Virus record (IMG/VR): IMGVR_UViG_2711768014_000011
DNA from: a virus
Taxonomy: Duplodnaviria; Heunggongvirae; Uroviricota; Caudoviricetes
Direction: 5' to 3' (one strand)
DNA: 43,933 nt
Shown piece after piece: positions 20,838 to 29,447 of the stretch; within the stretch, counting starts at the first letter, position 1; each line of letters starts with the position of its first letter. The notes beneath the pieces are model-generated. The model had not been told where the DNA came from and ran no database searches. It worked only from the letters and a program-made list of their open reading frames with translations. The position numbers and the translations under genes were made by a program.

Positions 20838-21618
20838 ATTCCTCCTCCCCGCCATGCATGATCTCCACCATGCGCTGCGTCATTCGGACAAATCCATTTT
20901 CAATAGCCTGCTGATAATCAATGATCACCAGCGCCGACTCCTCGAAAAGGCACTGAATTTCAGCGGGGGCATGAGCGTAATAGTCCGCAATTCTGCTGAA
21001 ATTAAACACCGTGTGACGTTCTGCTGCACACAGGAGGAATTTCTCAATATCAGGATCAAGGGACGCCGAACGTATCCGGCTGATCAGCTCCTGAGTTTTC
21101 GTATCGTCGTACAGTTCACTGATATCCGGTTTACCGCCTGACGGCTCATAAACAGGCGTATCAATTTTCGTCGTATACGGCTCCTCCTCATTTCCTGTAC
21201 CGGGCAAAACATCCGTCAACAGTTCATCAATTTCTGCCGGGATGAAGCCTGTCAGGGAGACATCAAAATCAGCATTGATTAGGTCCGACAGCTCCATCCG
21301 CAACAGATCTTCATCCCAGCCAGCATTCATCGGCAGGCGATTATCTGCCAGGCGGTACGCCTTTTTCTGCTCATCCGTCAGGCCAGACAGAACAATGACC
21401 GGAACAGAATCCATTTTGAGCATTTCAGCCGCCATAACACGACCGTGACCCGCAATAATTTCGCCCTTTTCGTCAATCAGCACCGGATTAGTCCAGCCGA
21501 ATTGCTTAATACTTTCTACCAGTTGTGCCACCTGCTCAGTACTGTGCGTCCTGGCGTTGTGCGCATACGGTGACAATTCTTGTAATGGGCGATAGACTAT
21601 CTTTAATTTCTCGCTCAT
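20830..21618 (-). CDS. ParB/Srx-like nuclease-domain protein
   Basis: 262 aa; N-terminal ParB-type domain with the GHGR motif (IIAGHGRVMAAEM) and LADNRL; acidic C-terminal half. Confidence 0.75.
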   Translation of the reverse strand: MSEKLKIVYRPLQELSPYAHNARTHSTEQVAQLVESIKQFGWTNPVLIDEKGEIIAGHGRVMAAEMLKMDSVPVIVLSGLTDEQKKAYRLADNRLPMNAGWDEDLLRMELSDLINADFDVSLTGFIPAEIDELLTDVLPGTGNEEEPYTTKIDTPVYEPSGGKPDISELYDDTKTQELISRIRSASLDPDIEKFLLCAAERHTVFNFSRIADYYAHAPAEIQCLFEESALVIIDYQQAIENGFVRMTQRMVEIMHGGEEEYA

Positions 21619-21639
21619 ACAGCCTTGCTTTATGAATAA

Positions 21640-21672
21640 AACGCACCCCAGCAGCCAGTGCTACTGGGGGCG
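21640..21672 (-). terminator. Terminator-like hairpin downstream of trkG
   Basis: Minus-strand RNA CCCCAGUAG-cacugg-CUGCUGGGG (one mismatch) followed by UGCGUUUUAUU. Confidence 0.3.
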
Positions 21673-21755
21673 GAGGTGTTGCTGGTAAAGTTAGGTATTG
21701 GATCAATGAGTGAGTCAACATAATATTAAACTCACAATTATAAATCAGCCATATA

Positions 21756-23213
21756 TTAGGAGCGCCAAAAAAAACCTGAAAACAATATAATAACAGGATA
21801 AATTTCAAGGCGACCAAGAATCATAGCTATGCACATTAAATATTTTGCAATGTCATTAAGCACTCCGAATGACGATGCAGTAGCCCCAAAACCTAATCCC
21901 ATATTATTAATACATGCAGCCACTGTTGCAAATGATGTAAGAAAATCATATCCCATACCATTTAACACCAGTATAAAAAACACCGTGAAGAGAGTATAAA
22001 GAAAAAAGAAACTCCATACAGACCTCATTACACGATCTGTAACTATCTTCCCTCCTACATTTACACTCAACAACGCTCTGGGATGAGAAAGCTGATTTAT
22101 CTCGTGTTTGCTTTGTTTGAAAAGTATAAGAAATCGAAGTGACTTAATTCCACCACAGGTTGAACCTATACATCCCCCAAAGAAACTTGACAACAGCAAA
22201 AACACTATCGTGTGCGTGGGCCAGTTTGCATAATCCTGCGTAGCTAAACCATTATCAGTGAGCATGGAGCTGGCAAGAAAAAACGAATGAATAAAACTTC
22301 CATGCAAGTCATACATACCTATATGCCAGACCTGGAAAGAGGTAACAATGATCACCCCTAAGGCTATTAACAGAAAGAAACGAAGTTCAATATCTCTGAT
22401 TAAAGGTTTTATCGTTTTTCTGCTAATAACAATATACCAAAGAGTGAAGTTGAAAGCCGATAGCAGGGAAAAAGAACCAGCCACCAGCTCAACCAAATAG
22501 TTATTAAAATATCCGATACTCTCGCTATGAGTTGAGAAACCACCAAGCGAAACTGTGGAAATCCCGTGACAAATAGCATCAAACAAAGGCATTCCTGCAA
22601 GTCTATAACAGACAATACAAGCAATACCTAATAAAGAATAAGTTATCCACAGTGTCCGTGACGTATCGGCCAGGCGGGGAGTGAGTTTGTCATCCTTAAA
22701 TGGCCCCGGCATTTCTGACTGATAAAGCTTTGCACCACCAATACCCAATAATGGCAATACTGCAACCGCCAGAACAATAACTCCTAAACCACCTATAAAA
22801 TTTAACTGTGACCGATAGTACAAATATGCCCGAGGTAATGAACTAACATCATCAATTACAGTTGCTCCTGTTGTTGTTATTCCAGAAACCCCTTCAAACA
22901 GAGCATCAATGAACGTTAAATTAAGTTCTGAGTCAATCCATAAAGGGAATGCACTAATAACAGAAAACAAAATCCAAAACATTACAATTATAATAAACCC
23001 ATCACGGGTACGTAATTGAATGCCAGATTTCTTAGTTGTATACCACGCTCCGCCACCAATGCAAAAAAATATAACGAAAGTTATAAAGAAAACGAACAGG
23101 CTTTTTTCTTTATAAAACAATGCTACAACCATTGGTGGCAACATTGAAAGACTATAGAGCCAAACCAGGAACCCACACATATGAGTAACAACTCTTACAT
23201 GAGATGTATTCAT
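21756..23213 (-). CDS. trkG: Potassium uptake protein TrkG (TrkH family); AT-rich cargo gene
   Basis: 485 aa from MNTSHVRVVTHMCGFLVWLYSLSMLPPMVV; matches recalled K-12 TrkG; strongly AT-rich against the phage backbone. Confidence 0.9.
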   Translation of the reverse strand: MNTSHVRVVTHMCGFLVWLYSLSMLPPMVVALFYKEKSLFVFFITFVIFFCIGGGAWYTTKKSGIQLRTRDGFIIIVMFWILFSVISAFPLWIDSELNLTFIDALFEGVSGITTTGATVIDDVSSLPRAYLYYRSQLNFIGGLGVIVLAVAVLPLLGIGGAKLYQSEMPGPFKDDKLTPRLADTSRTLWITYSLLGIACIVCYRLAGMPLFDAICHGISTVSLGGFSTHSESIGYFNNYLVELVAGSFSLLSAFNFTLWYIVISRKTIKPLIRDIELRFFLLIALGVIIVTSFQVWHIGMYDLHGSFIHSFFLASSMLTDNGLATQDYANWPTHTIVFLLLSSFFGGCIGSTCGGIKSLRFLILFKQSKHEINQLSHPRALLSVNVGGKIVTDRVMRSVWSFFFLYTLFTVFFILVLNGMGYDFLTSFATVAACINNMGLGFGATASSFGVLNDIAKYLMCIAMILGRLEIYPVIILFSGFFWRS

Positions 23214-23350
23214 ATCTAAATATTCTTTCAATTATAACCACCTTGCTGCAATATTATGATTATACTGTATAAAATTTAACTCCTCTTAGATCTTACTTCA
23301 CTGTTCCTTATGAAACAATCATCAAAATGAATCATATTGTAGTTAAGATT

Positions 23351-23815
23351 TTACTTTAAACACTGCTCGGTTATGTATTGCTGAGCACCTTCAAGTTGGG
23401 CCTGCATCATTACCAGTCGTTCCCGGAGGGTGAAATAATCCCGTTCAGCGGTGTCTGCCAGTCGGGGGGAGGCTGCATTATCCACGCCGGAGGCGGTGGT
23501 GGCTTCACGCACTGACTGACAGACTGCTTTGATGTGCAACCGACGACGACCAGCGGCAACATCATCACGCAGAGCATCATTTTCAGCTTTCGCATCAGCT
23601 AACTCCTTCGTGTATTTTGCATCGAGCGCAGCAACATCACGCTGACGCATCTGCATGTCAGTAATTGCCGCGTTCGCCAGCTTCAGTTCTCTGGCATTTT
23701 TGTCGCGCTGGGCTTTGTAGGTAATGGCGTTATCACGGTAATGATTAACAGCCCATGACAGGCAGACGATGATGCAGATAACCAGAGCGGAGATAATCGC
23801 GGTTACTCTGTTCAT
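23351..23815 (-). CDS. rzpR: Spanin inner-membrane subunit Rz
   Basis: [94 protein letters not shown] matches recalled lambda Rz. Confidence 0.9.
   Translation of the reverse strand: MNRVTAIISALVICIIVCLSWAVNHYRDNAITYKAQRDKNARELKLANAAITDMQMRQRDVAALDAKYTKELADAKAENDALRDDVAAGRRRLHIKAVCQSVREATTASGVDNAASPRLADTAERDYFTLRERLVMMQAQLEGAQQYITEQCLK
23410..23595 (-). CDS. rzoR: Spanin outer-membrane lipoprotein Rz1, embedded in the +1 frame of Rz
   Basis: [57 protein letters not shown]; lipobox VVGC and proline-rich tract as in lambda Rz1. Confidence 0.85.
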   Translation of the reverse strand: MRKLKMMLCVMMLPLVVVGCTSKQSVSQCVKPPPPPAWIMQPPPDWQTPLNGIISPSGNDW

Positions 23816-24315
23816 TGCTGACCCCACAAACAGATTTCACGCTCAATCTCACGACGAGTCATGAGACCTTTCCATTGCTTACCGCCAGCATATGTCCAGC
23901 GACGTAGCTGATCACATGCGCCTTTGATATCGCCCTGGTTTATTTTNNNNNNNNNNNNNNNNNNNNNNNNNNNNNNNNNNNNNNNNNNNNNNNNNNNNNN
24001 NNNNNNNNNNNNNNNNNNNNNNNNNNNNNNNNNNNNNNNNNNNNNNNNNNNNNNNNNNNNNNNNNNNNNNNNNNNNNNNNNNNNNNNNNNNNNNNNNNNN
24101 NNNNNNNNNNNNNNNNNNNNNNNNNNNNNNNNNNNNNNNNNNNNNNNNNNNNNNNNNNNNNNNNNNNNNNNNNNNNNNNNNNNNNNNNNNNNNNNNNNNN
24201 NNNNNNNNNNNNCCAGACCATCGTTACCACTTGGGCCAGTGATTAACACTGATGCTATAGCAATTGCTCCGCCACCAATAGCAGCAGCAACGACTTTTCG
24301 TAATGATGGAGGCAT
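23812..24315 (-). CDS. SAR endolysin (T4-lysozyme-type, RrrD-like); N block 23947-24212 inside
   Basis: N-terminal signal-anchor-release segment [34 protein letters not shown] and C-terminus [37 protein letters not shown]; start overlaps the holin stop (ATGA). Confidence 0.85.
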   Translation of the reverse strand: MPPSLRKVVAAAIGGGAIAIASVLITGPSGNDGLXXXXXXXXXXXXXXXXXXXXXXXXXXXXXXXXXXXXXXXXXXXXXXXXXXXXXXXXXXXXXXXXXXXXXXXXXXXXXXXXXXXXXXXXXKINQGDIKGACDQLRRWTYAGGKQWKGLMTRREIEREICLWGQQ

Positions 24316-24530
24316 TATTCACCTCTCGCAGCCTTGCGCTTATCTTCTTTAATCTTGAAATAAAGGTTTGTCAGGTACGTCAGCAGGCCAAATACCAGAC
24401 TACCCAGCACACCGATTGCAGCCCACTGTGACGGAGTTACTCTATCGAGCAACTGTAAAAACCAGTAGCCAGCACTGCCTGCGGAGGTGCCGTAGGCAAT
24501 GCCTGTTGAAATTTTGTCCATGGATTTCAT
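24315..24530 (-). CDS. Class II holin (phage 21 S21-like pinholin) with dual-start motif MKSMDK
   Basis: 71 aa [71 protein letters not shown]; matches recalled S21. The track start at 24587 is an upstream extension. Confidence 0.85.
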   Translation of the reverse strand: MKSMDKISTGIAYGTSAGSAGYWFLQLLDRVTPSQWAAIGVLGSLVFGLLTYLTNLYFKIKEDKRKAARGE

Positions 24531-24630
24531 AGCCTCACCTCCGCACGGAACGGATGGCATAGTTATTATGTGTAGGCTTTCAGACACATCAATCAGAGCC
24601 TTAATTGATATATATGCTGGAGACGATGCA

Positions 24631-24655
24631 ATATAAAAAGCTCGCCGTAGCGAGC
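24631..24655 (-). terminator. Intrinsic terminator downstream of the lipoprotein moron genes, upstream of the holin
   Basis: Minus-strand RNA AGCUCGC-uacg-GCGAGCU (perfect 7-bp stem) followed by UUUUAUAUUG. Confidence 0.45.
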
Positions 24656-24781
24656 TAATAAAATGTATTTCTCTGATATTATGTTTATTTGTATTAGCTC
24701 AGACTTGACATCACAGGTTTCGTATATAGAACATCATCAAATCTGTCAGTTTGCTATGAATGAGATATAGTAATTGAAGAG

Positions 24782-25177
24782 CTAACCTCGCATGTCAAAG
24801 CCAGATTTCTGAAAATCTCTGTAGACTTCCGGATTGTTGAAGGCCGGAAATTTGGCTTTATGAGCTGCGGACTTTATCGCTTCGCAATAGGCTTTATCAC
24901 CGTTACTGGTAGATATTTTTAACGCCGTGCCATCCTGAGAGAATTCCATATGCAACCTGCATTTTTTCCCTTTCCAGTTATGCGGCTCATCAAGTTTGGC
25001 ATTAATTGCAGCTCTGATTCCCCGCGCTTGCGCCCCCCATTCATCCTGATCATCCCAGCGTCCTGAACTGCAACTACCTGTAGCAGTAGTTTTGTGGCAA
25101 TCTGAAGGGTGTAAAGGTGTGCATCCCGCAACAAAACCGACCCAAAAAGTCAACATAACGATTTTCTTTAATCCCAC
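24782..25177 (-). CDS. Lipoprotein with TolA C-terminal (domain III)-like domain, paralog 2
   Basis: GTG start with SD GAGGAG 6 nt upstream; signal peptide and lipobox MGLKKIVMLTFWVGFVAGC; C-terminal IRAAINAKL...GKKCRLHMEFSQDGTALKISTSNGDKAYCEAIKSAAHKAKFP aligns with the recalled TolA C-terminus. Confidence 0.6.
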   Translation of the reverse strand: MGLKKIVMLTFWVGFVAGCTPLHPSDCHKTTATGSCSSGRWDDQDEWGAQARGIRAAINAKLDEPHNWKGKKCRLHMEFSQDGTALKISTSNGDKAYCEAIKSAAHKAKFPAFNNPEVYRDFQKSGFDMRG

Positions 25178-25327
25178 TTCTTGCTCCTCAATCCATTAAA
25201 ATCTCAGCAATAGTAGTTGTTACGTCCGCCACTGGCTCAGAGCTGACTATCCGCTAAATTTAGCTCAGTGCCGTAGCTGTGTCAGAACAAACCTAAGCCG
25301 AAACCGTTTATTACAAAACAATAAATA

Positions 25328-25756
25328 TCAGGGTTTAAAATCCAGCACCCCATTTTGAAATACTTTATATACTTCCGGCGAAGGGGGGGCAGGTATATCA
25401 GCATTCTTTATCGCATTCATCGCTTCACGACATAAATCGAGGTCTCCACTTTCTCTTTTAACCTCCAGTAGAAGGCCATTCGGGGCCATATGCATTCTCA
25501 GTGTACACTCTTTTCCTGAATACTTACTCGCATCCCCGAACTGTTTTTCGATGGCGCTCTTGATTTGATGGGCATACAGACGGATATCCTCACTAACATC
25601 AGAAGTACGTTCAGATGAACTCACATACTGTGTCTCTATTGCTTTATCGGAGTAATATGATGTACGGTCATGATAATTTGTCGATACAGCATCAGTGCAC
25701 CCGATAATAATCCCACTAATAATCAACGTAAGAATTGATGCGCTACGAAAACCCAT
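25328..25756 (-). CDS. Lipoprotein with TolA C-terminal (domain III)-like domain, paralog 1
   Basis: Signal peptide and lipobox MGFRSASILTLIISGIIIGC; C-terminal QIKSAIEKQFGDASKYSGKECTLRMHMAPNGLLLEVKRESGDLDLCREAMNAIKNADIPAPPSPEVYKVFQNGVLDFKP closely parallels the recalled E. coli TolA C-terminus (...QIKSAIESKFYDASSYAGKTCTLRIKLAPDGMLLDIKPEGGDPALCQAALAAAKLAKIPKPPSQAVYEVFKNAPLDFKP). Confidence 0.65.
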   Translation of the reverse strand: MGFRSASILTLIISGIIIGCTDAVSTNYHDRTSYYSDKAIETQYVSSSERTSDVSEDIRLYAHQIKSAIEKQFGDASKYSGKECTLRMHMAPNGLLLEVKRESGDLDLCREAMNAIKNADIPAPPSPEVYKVFQNGVLDFKP

Positions 25757-26344
25757 TTTTCCTCACATATGTCATATAGTAAAGGATTATATATACCGTT
25801 GTTTTGGACGCTCAAACAGCGAATCAGATCAAATAAAACGCACATTTGTTAACATTTACACAAAGTCTGCGTGGGATATTCTGAAAGAATATCCATAATG
25901 TGGAGAGAATCTATTGAAGTGCATGGTGCCGGGTGCCTCCCGGTGAACAAAATGTTCGTGATACCTGTCGGCGACAGAAAAGGTTAATGGTATCACCCCA
26001 CCGCACAGGGGGATTCACCATGCAGGAGTTTTCTTAGCAAACTCACTGCGCGCCCGGCAACTCCCAACCACATAAAATGCGGAGTTTGTGGCATTTATGC
26101 ATATAACTCGCAGGAATTATCTTAAAAAACTGATGTCGATCCGGATTAAAAAGAAGCAGGTCATCATCAGATGACTGGAAAAAAGGAAAACAAAAAATAC
26201 TCATCATACAGTTTTGATTGCAGGGATGAGCCTGCTATGCACAATATGCAGAATATAAGCAAGATAAAAATATGCAGGCATATTATTTCGGATCTTGTTA
26301 TTAACACAACCTTTTTAATAATCATTTGGCATACAATAAACCAG

Positions 26345-26373
26345 CCCAAAAAGAACCGCCTAAACAGGCGGTT
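26345..26373 (-). terminator. Intrinsic terminator in the late leader region between Q and the lipoprotein genes
   Basis: Minus-strand RNA AACCGCC-uguuua-GGCGGUU followed by CUUUUUGGG. Confidence 0.4.
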
Positions 26374-26693
26374 GGTCAATACAAAGGATGCTTCGTCTTT
26401 ATTATAGTAATCTGAGGCGTCGGGTGTCTTGTATCAGACAACATATTGTCCCGCTAAACAGCGAATTACAAACCACCCTGCAATGATCTCTCATCTCATT
26501 TTATATGAGTTGACGACATCAGGATAACGCATCATCAGCCCCTGCCAAGAAATATCAAAACTCCCGCCAGCAATGTGTTATCACAATATTGTAAAAAAAA
26601 CACAGCACCGAAACTATAACTGGTCTCTGTTATAATTTGGAGCAGAAAGACCAGTTGCCCAACTAGCAGCATTCTCCCCTGCTTTCCTGACGT

Positions 26694-26720
26694 AAAAAAA
26701 CCGCATTAAGCGGTTTTTTT
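26694..26720 (-). terminator. tR'-like bidirectional hairpin about 80 nt downstream of the Q stop
   Basis: AAAAAAACCGC-attaa-GCGGTTTTTTT; A/T runs on both sides; the position matches where lambdoid phages have pR'-tR' between Q and the lysis genes. Confidence 0.4.
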
Positions 26721-26800
26721 ACGATGTCCATGTCTGCAATCCGCCTCGCGATACAGCTTTGCGAAGCATAGCAAAATTGAAGCAGTTTATACGTAAGAAA

Positions 26801-27343
26801 TCAAGCCATTTTCTCAGCAAATGATTCACGCATGGGAATATATAGGGCATACTCAGCAACAGCTAACCAATTAGCAATCCGTTTTTCGCATGTGCTAAAA
26901 CACCACTCTGGGTGTGCATCATTTAGCAATTCAGCCATTTTGCGCTTAGTCATCCCCCGCCCTTCATAGCGTTGCCGGAGAATGCAAATCAATCCTGGAT
27001 GCTCTGCCAGCACCTCACTTATGACTCGATCAATACATAACGCCTCTGCATCAGTACAATGCGCCAGCCAGCTCTTTTGCTTGCCGTTGATCATCTCTCG
27101 CAAAAACGCTTCCAGCTCAGCTTTCTCTATTCCCGCTTTTTTCATTCTGCGCAGGGCTTCATTAATGGCTGTTTTCGTCAGTTTTTTGGATGCCAACAAC
27201 TGATTGAACATATTCCCTGACCTGCCACCGCCAATATACGACCAGCGCCCCCACATACGTAGTTTTCCCTGAATCCAGACACTTTCCAGCGTGGTGAGGC
27301 GAAGGTGTTCTCCGCTTTTTCCTGTATTCGTTGGGTAAATCAT
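26801..27343 (-). CDS. Putative late antiterminator Q-like protein
   Basis: 180-aa ORF directly upstream of the tR'-like hairpin and the lysis cassette, downstream of nin-type genes; call is mainly positional. Confidence 0.45.
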   Translation of the reverse strand: MIYPTNTGKSGEHLRLTTLESVWIQGKLRMWGRWSYIGGGRSGNMFNQLLASKKLTKTAINEALRRMKKAGIEKAELEAFLREMINGKQKSWLAHCTDAEALCIDRVISEVLAEHPGLICILRQRYEGRGMTKRKMAELLNDAHPEWCFSTCEKRIANWLAVAEYALYIPMRESFAEKMA

Positions 27344-27630
27344 AAATGACCTTTCTTTCTCCAGATTTCTTGTGTGCGAAAAACCCCTTCAGCATGCATC
27401 AGGCGCAATTCTTCTTTGGTGTAATCGCTGGTTTTTACCCGCCCGTCGATTAGATCGTGGCATGAGCTACAGGCTATCGCCGCCTGCATATCATGTGGTT
27501 TTGTCGCTGTTCCGCACGTCCCCGCCAGCCTGTAATGCGCCAGCACAGAGGTTTCGGGATTGTGATTGCAGTAGCCAGGGATTCTGATCTGGCACATCTG
27601 GCCTTTAGCCGCTTTACGTAAATTCACCAT
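27340..27630 (-). CDS. DUF1364 / YbcO-like putative zinc-binding nuclease (nin-region protein)
   Basis: 96 aa; PETSVLAH, TKPHD and IACSSCHDLIDGR resemble recalled DLP12 YbcO; 4-nt overlap with the Q-like gene. Confidence 0.55.
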   Translation of the reverse strand: MVNLRKAAKGQMCQIRIPGYCNHNPETSVLAHYRLAGTCGTATKPHDMQAAIACSSCHDLIDGRVKTSDYTKEELRLMHAEGVFRTQEIWRKKGHL

Positions 27631-28229
27631 TACGCAAACTCCAGTAGTTGTGCGGCCACATTTTCAACTTCCTCCTGAGAGGAGAATTTACGGAACAGAA
27701 TCCAGTTCCACAGCACATTCAGTACAGATTTATAAACCTGCTGAAACTCGACTTCGTCCATATTCGCAAAAGCGATGGATTTTGCCCGACGCCCACGGCT
27801 ACCGTCCGGATAAATATGCTCGGTGTAAAATCCGGCCTGAATGGTTACCCACTCGCGGAAAGCCTCAAACGACTTTAGCAACGCCGTATCCCGGGTTCTA
27901 CGAGTCGCAACGGTGTTAAGGTATTGCTCTGCGGCATCACTCAGGGCTGGCGTGTGTTCCCGACCAACTGATTCGCACAGGTAATCAACGAAACCAGACA
28001 GCAGTTCTCGTTCGCGAGGCGTGATCGCCCCACCGACCGGAGTCCAGTAATCGAATCCCAGTTGCAGGAGTTTGAAAAAACGCTTGTGGAATGCGTAGTT
28101 ACGCACACGCTTAAAGTCTGCGTGTATCCACTCACCTATTTTGATTTGATGCAGAAAATCGCAACTCTCCGGCGTCGCCGGGAGAAGTAAACCAGAAGAG
28201 GTTTGTTTGACCAGTTGTATATGCGCCAT
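27630..28229 (-). CDS. Conserved lambdoid nin-region protein of unknown function
   Basis: 199-aa ORF, stop overlaps the next start; phage-like GC; no confident family assignment from sequence alone. Confidence 0.5.
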   Translation of the reverse strand: MAHIQLVKQTSSGLLLPATPESCDFLHQIKIGEWIHADFKRVRNYAFHKRFFKLLQLGFDYWTPVGGAITPRERELLSGFVDYLCESVGREHTPALSDAAEQYLNTVATRRTRDTALLKSFEAFREWVTIQAGFYTEHIYPDGSRGRRAKSIAFANMDEVEFQQVYKSVLNVLWNWILFRKFSSQEEVENVAAQLLEFA

Positions 28230-28509
28230 TTCTCAATCTCTCGATGGCGCAGCGCAGCAGATGCCAGTTGTTCAGGCTGACGAATAAAGTATAAATAAAC
28301 TGGCTATGGTGTAAAGCCCCACATAGCATGAACAAACACTACATATCAAATAGCTGGTACAAGGATAGAAATACGACACTTATTATTAAAAACGATTAGA
28401 TAAATTACATTTTAATGTTATGCAAAAGTTCTTTTTTATCATAACATTTCAATAAAAGCATTACAGATGCAATCATCCCGTCATCATCAATTATTTAAGG
28501 TGGTTAAAC

Positions 28510-28596
28510 ATGGAAAATAACAAGTTCGCACATCTCGCTCCTTTTTTATCCGTAATCCTTTTCGCTTGTTGTTTTATATGGGCATTATTTTTATAA
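28510..28596 (+). CDS. Candidate small hydrophobic peptide (28 aa)
   Basis: ATG at 28510 with SD AAGGTGG 6 nt upstream; MENNKFAHLAPFLSVILFACCFIWALFL has a single predicted transmembrane helix; lies in an AT-rich cargo island. Confidence 0.35.
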   Translation: MENNKFAHLAPFLSVILFACCFIWALFL

Positions 28597-28987
28597 AGTA
28601 GCCACATGATAAGTTGCTGGAATCATATTTCCCACTCAAGTCATTAACATTTGATAAGATATATCTAAAAGGACGCCTTTACATTATTTATGCGTATATA
28701 ATTTATTTATATACACAGTAAAGGTATCCTGGGAAAATATTTATCGTTAAAAAATACATCATAAATAATTAAGCTGAAATTTCAGAACACAACTAATACA
28801 CACAATAAGGTTCAGTAACAGTAATCTATGTGGACTACATCGAGATTTTTTGATTAAACTTTAATAACTTATTCCTAACACACAGAATGCATAAACTAAA
28901 AGTAAAACAAATAGTTATACGAAAAACAACCATATTTATTCTATCTTCTCCTCTAATCAACATATCAATTATGTGTTTCATAACAGC

Positions 28988-29027
28988 TTGACATAACCCT
29001 CCAAAAGATGCATTTTTAATGCATGTT
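28988..29027 (+). promoter_or_regulatory. Candidate promoter (-35 TTGACA at 28988-28993) overlapped by an NsrR-type 11-1-11 inverted repeat (29005-29027)
   Basis: AAGATGCATTT-T-TAATGCATGTT; the left half-site equals the recalled NsrR consensus half AAGATGCATTT, the right half matches its reverse complement at 9 of 11; sits 16 nt upstream of the yeaR-like start. Confidence 0.45.
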
Positions 29028-29042
29028 TTGGAGGAGGTGGTT

Positions 29043-29381
29043 ATGACACACAAGAGAATTCCTAAAGATTGGGTAATCAAACGCTCAACTCCGTTCTTCA
29101 CAAAAGAGAACGTACCTTCAGCGTTATTAACACATCATAATACAGCAGCAGGTGTTTTTGGGCAGTTGTGCGTAATGGAAGGCACTGTAACATATTATGG
29201 TTTTACTGATGAGAATGCTACTGAACCGGAGATAAAAGTAGTCATTAATGCTGGCGCTTTTGCAACAAGCCCACCACAATACTGGCACCGTGTTGAACTA
29301 AGCGATGATGCTCAGTTTAATATTAACTTTTGGGTCGCTCCAGACTTTTCGGGCGAAAAAGTCTATAGCACCAAAAAATAG
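29043..29381 (+). CDS. YeaR-like DUF1971 family protein (cupin-like); plus-strand moron
   Basis: 112 aa from ATG 29043 (SD GGAGGAGGTGG); RSTPFF, AAGVFGQLCVMEGTVTYYGFTDENATEPE and FNINFWVAP parallel the recalled K-12 YeaR pattern. Confidence 0.65.
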   Translation: MTHKRIPKDWVIKRSTPFFTKENVPSALLTHHNTAAGVFGQLCVMEGTVTYYGFTDENATEPEIKVVINAGAFATSPPQYWHRVELSDDAQFNINFWVAPDFSGEKVYSTKK

Positions 29382-29410
29382 ATGATCATATTAAAAATGC
29401 TTTAACAGTC

Positions 29411-29447
29411 AGACCCGGCAGGGCTATCCCCGACGGGTCTCATTTTT
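29411..29447 (+). terminator. Intrinsic terminator downstream of the yeaR-like gene
   Basis: GACCCGGCAGGG-cuau-CCCCGACGGGUC (two mismatches) followed by UCAUUUUUG. Confidence 0.5.

Noticed and set aside
21536-21817. 93-aa minus-strand ORF spanning the trkG 3' end and the ParB-like start
   Set aside because: It overlaps two well-supported genes and the intervening terminator; no RBS.
26167-26407. Overlapping 70-aa minus-strand and 78-aa plus-strand ORFs in the AT-rich Q-to-lipoprotein spacer
   Set aside because: TTG start, no convincing RBS, low-complexity hydrophobic product typical of AT-rich non-coding DNA; more likely promoter and leader sequence.
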